Positions 59,026-64,000 of a stretch of DNA of 64,000 bases are shown here, one piece after another; within the stretch, counting starts at the first letter, position 1; the number at the start of each line of letters is the position of its first letter. The notes below the pieces were generated by a model. The model did no database searches. It worked only from the letters and a program-made list of their open reading frames with translations, and had not been told where the DNA came from. The stretch lies in the NCBI GenBank assembly GCA_027083345.1, contig JALWOZ010000030.1, positions 977 through 64,976 on the forward strand, in the 5' to 3' direction. The stretch is from Candidatus Kaiserbacteria bacterium (GTDB taxonomy: Bacteria; Patescibacteriota; Minisyncoccia; Phycocordibacterales; UBA2100). The translations under genes and the position numbers were made by a program.

Positions 59026-61272
59026 ATGGAAGCATTCCCAAAGAGTATGGTACTAAAGGAGTACTCAATAGAGGTAGGTGGCAAAACGCTCACCGCACAA
59101 TTTACAAACCTTACAGACCAAGCAAATGGCTCTGTGATAATGCGTTATGGCAACACGGCCGTAATGGTCACAGCGGTGATGGGCAGAGAGAAGGAGGGTC
59201 AGAGCTGGTTCCCGCTCTCTGTGGAGTTTGAAGAGAAGTTTTACGCAGCCGGAGCAATCCTTGGTGGCAGATTCCGCAAGAAGGAGGGTATGCCTAGCGA
59301 GGAGGCAGTACTTAGTGCCCGCGTTATAGACCGTACAATCAGGCCACTATTTGACCAAAGTATGCGCCGTGACATACAAGTAATAGCAACAGTCTTAGCA
59401 ATAGACGAGGAGGATCCAGATGTGCTTGGAGTAATAGGTGCAAGCTTAGCACTAGGCACAAGCGACATACCTTGGGCGGGGCCAGTGAGTGCCGTGCGTA
59501 TAGGCTTGTCCTCCGAAGCCTTAGCGAAGGAGGGTAGGGTTAATGGTAATGACGAGTTTATAATCAACCCCAACTACTCTCAGCGCACAGCAGAGAATGA
59601 GTCCCTAGACCTACTTGCCTGCGGTAAGGATGGCAACATAAACATGGTAGAGGTAGGTGCAAAGGAGGCTACAGAGGAGACTACCGGCAAAGCACTAGAG
59701 CTAGCAGCCAGCGAGACAAACAAGTTACAAGAATGGCAAAAACAAATTATAAGTGAAATAGGTAAAGAGAAGGTGGAGATAGTAACACCTAAGCCAAGCG
59801 AGGAGCTTAAAGCCCTATTTAACACCGAGATAATGCCAAAGATGACGGAATACGTCTTTGGAGAGAAGGGTGCCTACGCACTTAAAGACGAGTGGATGAG
59901 TATAGTAAAGGAGAAGGAGGAGTTCGCAGGTGAAGTGCAGAATGCCGACGACTACTTTGAGGAGATGGTAGACGCCGTGGTACACACCGAGGCGCTTGAT
60001 AATAACAGGCGCCAAGACGGCAGAGCGATGGACGAGCTCCGCCCACTCTATGCTCAGGCCGGCGGAGTGAGCGAAATGATACACGGTACAGGCATCTTCT
60101 ACCGCGGAGGTACACATGTGTTCTCAGCTCTTACACTTGGATCACCAGACGATGCACAGCTCATAGACACCATAGAGACACAAGATGGCTCAAAACGCTA
60201 TATGCACCACTACAACTTCCCTCCATATTCTGTGGGGGAGACAGGGCGCGTTGGAGGCTTCAACCGCAGGATGATAGGGCACGGCGCCTTGGCAGAGAAG
60301 GCTCTTGTGCCGGTACTTCCAAGTAAAGAAGAATTCCCTTATACAATCCGCATAGTGAGTGAGACGATGGCCAGCAACGGCTCTAGCTCACAAGCCAGTG
60401 TATGTGGCTCAACTCTTGCACTTATGGATGCTGGAGTGCCTATTAAGAAGCCGGTGGCCGGCATCGCAATGGGTATGATGAGTATGGGTAATCCTGGAGA
60501 CTCAGATTACCGCTATAAGATACTCACAGACATACAAGGTCCTGAGGATCACTTTGGTGACATGGACTTTAAAGTAGCTGGTACTAAAGACGGCATCACT
60601 GCAATACAGATGGACGTAAAGGTTGGCGGAGTGCCGGTTGAGGTGCTTAAGGAGGGTATAGAGCAAGCTAAAAAGGCACGCTTGCAAATACTAGAGGTAA
60701 TGCACGAGGCCATAGCCGAGCCACGAGAGAGCATAAACCCGCGCGCGCCACAGATAATCTCAATGACAATTAAAGAAGACCAGATAGGCCTCGTAATAGG
60801 CAAGGGTGGCGAGACTATAAATGGCCTTAAAGACGAGACGGGAGTAGACGAGATCACTATAGAAGACGATGGCACAATCTTCATCACCGGTAAGGGTGAG
60901 AGCACAGAGCTAGCCAAGAGCAAGATAGAGGAGCTTACACACGAGTACACAGCAGGAGAGAAGTTTGAGGGTGAGGTAGTGAAGATAATGGACTTTGGAG
61001 CATTTGTACGCATTGCCTCTGGTACAGAGGGCTTGGTGCACATCTCTGAGATAGCCCCCTTCCGCATTAACAATGTGTCAGATGCGCTTGCAGAAGGAGA
61101 GAAGGTTAATGTTATAATAAAGGAGGTCAAAGAGATGGGAGGTAAGCAAAAGATAGACCTCTCTATAAAAGACGTTGACCCCGAGTTTGCAGAACGTAAA
61201 GGCCTGTCTGCCGCAAAGGCAGGTTTAAAGCCACAAAATGAAAATGATAGAGGAGATAGACAAAACAAATAA
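59026..61272 (+). CDS. pnp: Polyribonucleotide nucleotidyltransferase (PNPase)
   Basis: Two RNase PH domains, KH (ISMTIKEDQIGLVIGKGGETI) and S1 (GEKFEGEVVKIMDFGAFVRI) domains. 748 aa. Confidence 0.95.
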   Translation: MEAFPKSMVLKEYSIEVGGKTLTAQFTNLTDQANGSVIMRYGNTAVMVTAVMGREKEGQSWFPLSVEFEEKFYAAGAILGGRFRKKEGMPSEEAVLSARVIDRTIRPLFDQSMRRDIQVIATVLAIDEEDPDVLGVIGASLALGTSDIPWAGPVSAVRIGLSSEALAKEGRVNGNDEFIINPNYSQRTAENESLDLLACGKDGNINMVEVGAKEATEETTGKALELAASETNKLQEWQKQIISEIGKEKVEIVTPKPSEELKALFNTEIMPKMTEYVFGEKGAYALKDEWMSIVKEKEEFAGEVQNADDYFEEMVDAVVHTEALDNNRRQDGRAMDELRPLYAQAGGVSEMIHGTGIFYRGGTHVFSALTLGSPDDAQLIDTIETQDGSKRYMHHYNFPPYSVGETGRVGGFNRRMIGHGALAEKALVPVLPSKEEFPYTIRIVSETMASNGSSSQASVCGSTLALMDAGVPIKKPVAGIAMGMMSMGNPGDSDYRYKILTDIQGPEDHFGDMDFKVAGTKDGITAIQMDVKVGGVPVEVLKEGIEQAKKARLQILEVMHEAIAEPRESINPRAPQIISMTIKEDQIGLVIGKGGETINGLKDETGVDEITIEDDGTIFITGKGESTELAKSKIEELTHEYTAGEKFEGEVVKIMDFGAFVRIASGTEGLVHISEIAPFRINNVSDALAEGEKVNVIIKEVKEMGGKQKIDLSIKDVDPEFAERKGLSAAKAGLKPQNENDRGDRQNK

Positions 61273-62230
61273 AGACAAGACTACTAAAGGTAGTGAAGGC
61301 GCCCCTAAATTTAGAGACAAACTAAGCAGTAAATCTGCCATGCTACATACTTATAAGCAAGACGTAGAAAGCTTAGTGCGCAAACGTAAAATCTCTTTAG
61401 TTAGTGCTATGGCAGCACAAAGTGATAAAAGAGAAGATGGCGAAGCAACTAAAATTAAAAACAATGGAAAAACTCCCCAAAATAGCACCACATTACTATT
61501 AATTGCTAGTATATTAATGTTTGTGTTAGGCTCAATAGCAATTTTTGTAGCATATACCGCTTATCAACAACAGCAAAACTTAACAAAAAAAGATAAGTCT
61601 AAAGCATTGTTAGATAATAATCTAATATTCATAGAGCATAAAGCCAAATTTAATGTTACAGATAGACTACCTAGAGAGATATTAGCCGGACTCGCCAAAG
61701 CACTTAATAAGTCTCAAGCTACCCTAGGATCTATAACCAAAATAGAACTAGAGTGGGACGGGTGGAACGATAAGTTAAGAGCTAAAACGAAATTTATAAT
61801 AAGCCAGAAACAGCTCATACAATTACTGGGCCTTAAGCTACCGGAACAATTTACTAGACTATTGGGTAAACAAGATAAATATATGGTGGGTATGCATATG
61901 GCAGACCGCAACTCCCCATTTATTATCTTGACAGTACAATCTTATGAATACGCATTTGCCAGTATGTTAGAATGGGAAAAGGTTGCCGAGAGAGAGCTGG
62001 ACCCATTCTTCTACACTCCTGGTAGTTTATCAACTAAGCGCACATTTAGTGACTTAGTTGTACAAAACATTGATACTAGAGTTTCAAGGGATGAGCAAAA
62101 CAACATAAAGTTACTTTATTCATTCTTAGACAAGCATACACTCCTAATAACAAACAATATCCACACCTTAACTGAGATATCTCGTAGATACAAAGCCAGA
62201 CAAGGTTCAAAATCTGCCCTTGACTACTAA
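61238..62230 (+). CDS. Hypothetical single-TM protein
   Basis: 330-aa ORF overlapping the pnp stop by 35 nt (alternative ATG at 61340). TM at TTLLLIASILMFVLGSIAIFVAYTAY. No recognised domain. Confidence 0.45.
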   Translation: MKMIEEIDKTNKDKTTKGSEGAPKFRDKLSSKSAMLHTYKQDVESLVRKRKISLVSAMAAQSDKREDGEATKIKNNGKTPQNSTTLLLIASILMFVLGSIAIFVAYTAYQQQQNLTKKDKSKALLDNNLIFIEHKAKFNVTDRLPREILAGLAKALNKSQATLGSITKIELEWDGWNDKLRAKTKFIISQKQLIQLLGLKLPEQFTRLLGKQDKYMVGMHMADRNSPFIILTVQSYEYAFASMLEWEKVAERELDPFFYTPGSLSTKRTFSDLVVQNIDTRVSRDEQNNIKLLYSFLDKHTLLITNNIHTLTEISRRYKARQGSKSALDY

Positions 62231-62276
62231 ACCACTTGTGCTAGCGACATATACATATTATGATACAATTATTAAT

Positions 62277-62621
62277 ATGGAAGAAAACAAAACAAAACTC
62301 CTGCAAGAAGAGGCCCGCCTAGAGTTAGAGCTGACAGATTTAGGATACCTAAACCCTGCCAACCCTGCAGACTGGACAGCTAAAGCCGACGCTAACAATA
62401 TGAATACTGCAGATCTTAATAATCTTGCAGATGCCGATGAAGAGCAGAATATAAATAGAGCTGTGGTTAACGAGCTAGAAGTTAGATTACAAAATGTAAG
62501 AAATGCTTTAAAACGCATAGAAAACGGCACTTACGGCAAGTGCACCAACTGCAACAAAGAAATCAGCACAGAAAGACTAGCAGCTAACCCAGCTGCAAAT
62601 ACTTGCCTAGACTGCGCCTAA
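62277..62621 (+). CDS. DksA/TraR-family C4-type zinc-finger protein
   Basis: Coiled-coil region, then GTYGKCTNCNKEISTERLAANPAANTCLDC (CxxC-x17-CxxC). ATG at 62277 preferred over the TTG start at 62220. Confidence 0.8.
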   Translation: MEENKTKLLQEEARLELELTDLGYLNPANPADWTAKADANNMNTADLNNLADADEEQNINRAVVNELEVRLQNVRNALKRIENGTYGKCTNCNKEISTERLAANPAANTCLDCA

Positions 62622-62693
62622 CATTTACATAACCCAAACTTTTAAAAAGCTATTAGATGTAATATCTACGTGTGTGTTACAATAGTAATTATT

Positions 62694-64000
62694 ATGGCAA
62701 CAAGCTTTGCAAGAGTATATAGCGCACAAACCAACTTATTAGATGCATACATCATCAATGTGGAGGTAGATCTCTCTAAAGGTCTCCACTCTTTTAACGT
62801 TGTTGGCCTTGCAGACAAGGCCGTAGACGAGGCGCGCAGTAGGGTAAGCGCCGCTATTAAGAACACTGGTTACAAACCGCCGAAAGCACACAATAAAAAG
62901 ATAGTCATCTCTCTAGCCCCGGCAAGCCTGCGCAAGGAAGGGCCACACTTTGACCTGCCTATAGCGCTTGGCTACCTGCTTGCCGCGCAAGAGATAGAGT
63001 TTGAGCCACAGGGGCGCATCTTCCTTGGTGAGCTTGCACTCGACGGCGCAATAAGGCCCATACAAGGCACTCTTGCACTCACACTTGCCGCCAAGGACGC
63101 TGGCTTTAAGGAAGTCTTCGTACCTATTGAGAATGCAGAGGAGGCAGCCTTGGTGGACGGCATCACTGTATATGGCGCCAGCACACTCCGTGAGGTTATA
63201 GACCACATCAACACTCAAGACTCGCCTATAGAGCCTCACTACATAGCTCCACAAAAGCCAACTAAAATCAATGGTGCCAAGCAAATAAACACCCAAACAT
63301 CTTTTGAAGACATTGTGGAGCAAGAGTCTGCCAAGCGTGGCCTTGTTATAGCAGCAGCGGGAGGGCACAATATAGCTCTCTTTGGCCCACCGGGCACAGG
63401 TAAGACGATGCTCGCCAAAGCTTTTGCAGGCATATTGCCCAGCCTCTCATTTGATGAGGCGCTTGAGGTTACAAGCATACACTCTATAGCCGGTTCTCTC
63501 ACTGAGACGCTTATTACCAATCCGCCGATACGCGCACCACACCACACTGCCAGCTATGTATCGCTCGTAGGCGGAGGCACATATCCAAAACCGGGAGAGG
63601 TTACGCTGGCACATAAAGGAGTGCTCTTTATGGATGAGTTCCCCGAGTTTGATAAGAAGGTTATAAACGCTTTGCGCCAACCACTTGAAGATGGAGTGGT
63701 GACTATAAGCAGGGCAAAGGGCTCTGCTGAGTTTCCATCACAATTCATACTTATCGCTGCACTCAACCCTTGCCCATGTGGCTACTTGGGGAGCAATAAG
63801 TGTCGTTGCACAATGACTGAGATAAGCAGATACAAACAGAAGATCAGTGGCCCGATAATGGATAGGATAGATATGTGGATAGAGGTAGGGCAAGTAGCGC
63901 ATGAGAAGCTGAATAAAGCCAATGCAGATAATGATCATAAGCAGACTAAAGAGGCAATACATAGTGTGCAAAAAGCTCGCAAAGAGCAAAATAAAAGAGG
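62694..64000 (+). CDS. YifB/ComM-family Mg-chelatase-like AAA+ ATPase (partial, runs off the window end)
   Basis: Not in the ORF track because no stop lies inside the window. Manual translation from the ATG at 62694 gives MATSFARVYSAQTNLLDAYIINVEVDLSKGLHSF... Walker A GPPGTGKTM, Walker B LFMDEFPEF, and the ComM zinc-ribbon-like NPCPCGYLGSNKCRC. Confidence 0.85.
   Translation, partial: MATSFARVYSAQTNLLDAYIINVEVDLSKGLHSFNVVGLADKAVDEARSRVSAAIKNTGYKPPKAHNKKIVISLAPASLRKEGPHFDLPIALGYLLAAQEIEFEPQGRIFLGELALDGAIRPIQGTLALTLAAKDAGFKEVFVPIENAEEAALVDGITVYGASTLREVIDHINTQDSPIEPHYIAPQKPTKINGAKQINTQTSFEDIVEQESAKRGLVIAAAGGHNIALFGPPGTGKTMLAKAFAGILPSLSFDEALEVTSIHSIAGSLTETLITNPPIRAPHHTASYVSLVGGGTYPKPGEVTLAHKGVLFMDEFPEFDKKVINALRQPLEDGVVTISRAKGSAEFPSQFILIAALNPCPCGYLGSNKCRCTMTEISRYKQKISGPIMDRIDMWIEVGQVAHEKLNKANADNDHKQTKEAIHSVQKARKEQNKR

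Overview
AT-rich, gene-dense bacterial window with the architecture of a streamlined, probably CPR/Patescibacteria-like, genome. Conserved genes come in short forms (AlaRS 608 aa, DnaX 348 aa, TruB about 229 aa). Core genes present: nth, DEAD-box helicase, cofD/yvcK-like, dnaX, dus, tsf, rpsB, alaS, map, pyrH, adk, gmk, lnt-like, fusA, rpsG, rpsL, pilC, pilB, nusA, tig, clpP, rny, hup, truB, cca, xth, xerC/D-like, rpsO, pnp, dksA-like and a partial yifB/comM at the 3' edge. A minus-strand 23S-5S rRNA pair (about 29.66-33.36 kb) has no 16S nearby, and the 23S carries an ORF-less group I intron (30195-30608) at the classic position 2593-type site. I call six tRNAs by hand: Gln-TTG, Thr-TGT, Gly-TCC, Pro-TGG, Gly-GCC and Arg-TCG. 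Three of them sit next to degenerate partial tRNA copies. The accessory content is a cell-surface locus at 3.1-11.9 kb. It holds an HExxH metalloprotease gene broken by a perfect 112-bp tandem duplication, a WxGWIN-repeat peptidoglycan-binding protein, and a 1581-aa fibre-like protein with a peptidase-S74-type autoprocessing chaperone domain. Other accessory genes are a processive GT2 polysaccharide synthase next to a membrane thioredoxin-like protein, and a Tat-signal lytic transglycosylase inserted backwards in the str operon. Between rpsO and pnp lies an NYN-nuclease gene plus a strikingly GC-rich 353-aa ORF of unknown function. A conserved roughly 30-nt core (AGTGGGCGGCTAG...) sits in hairpins with unrelated stems at three loci, once in-frame inside dus. 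All calls come from reading the sequence and ORF track. No database searches were run.
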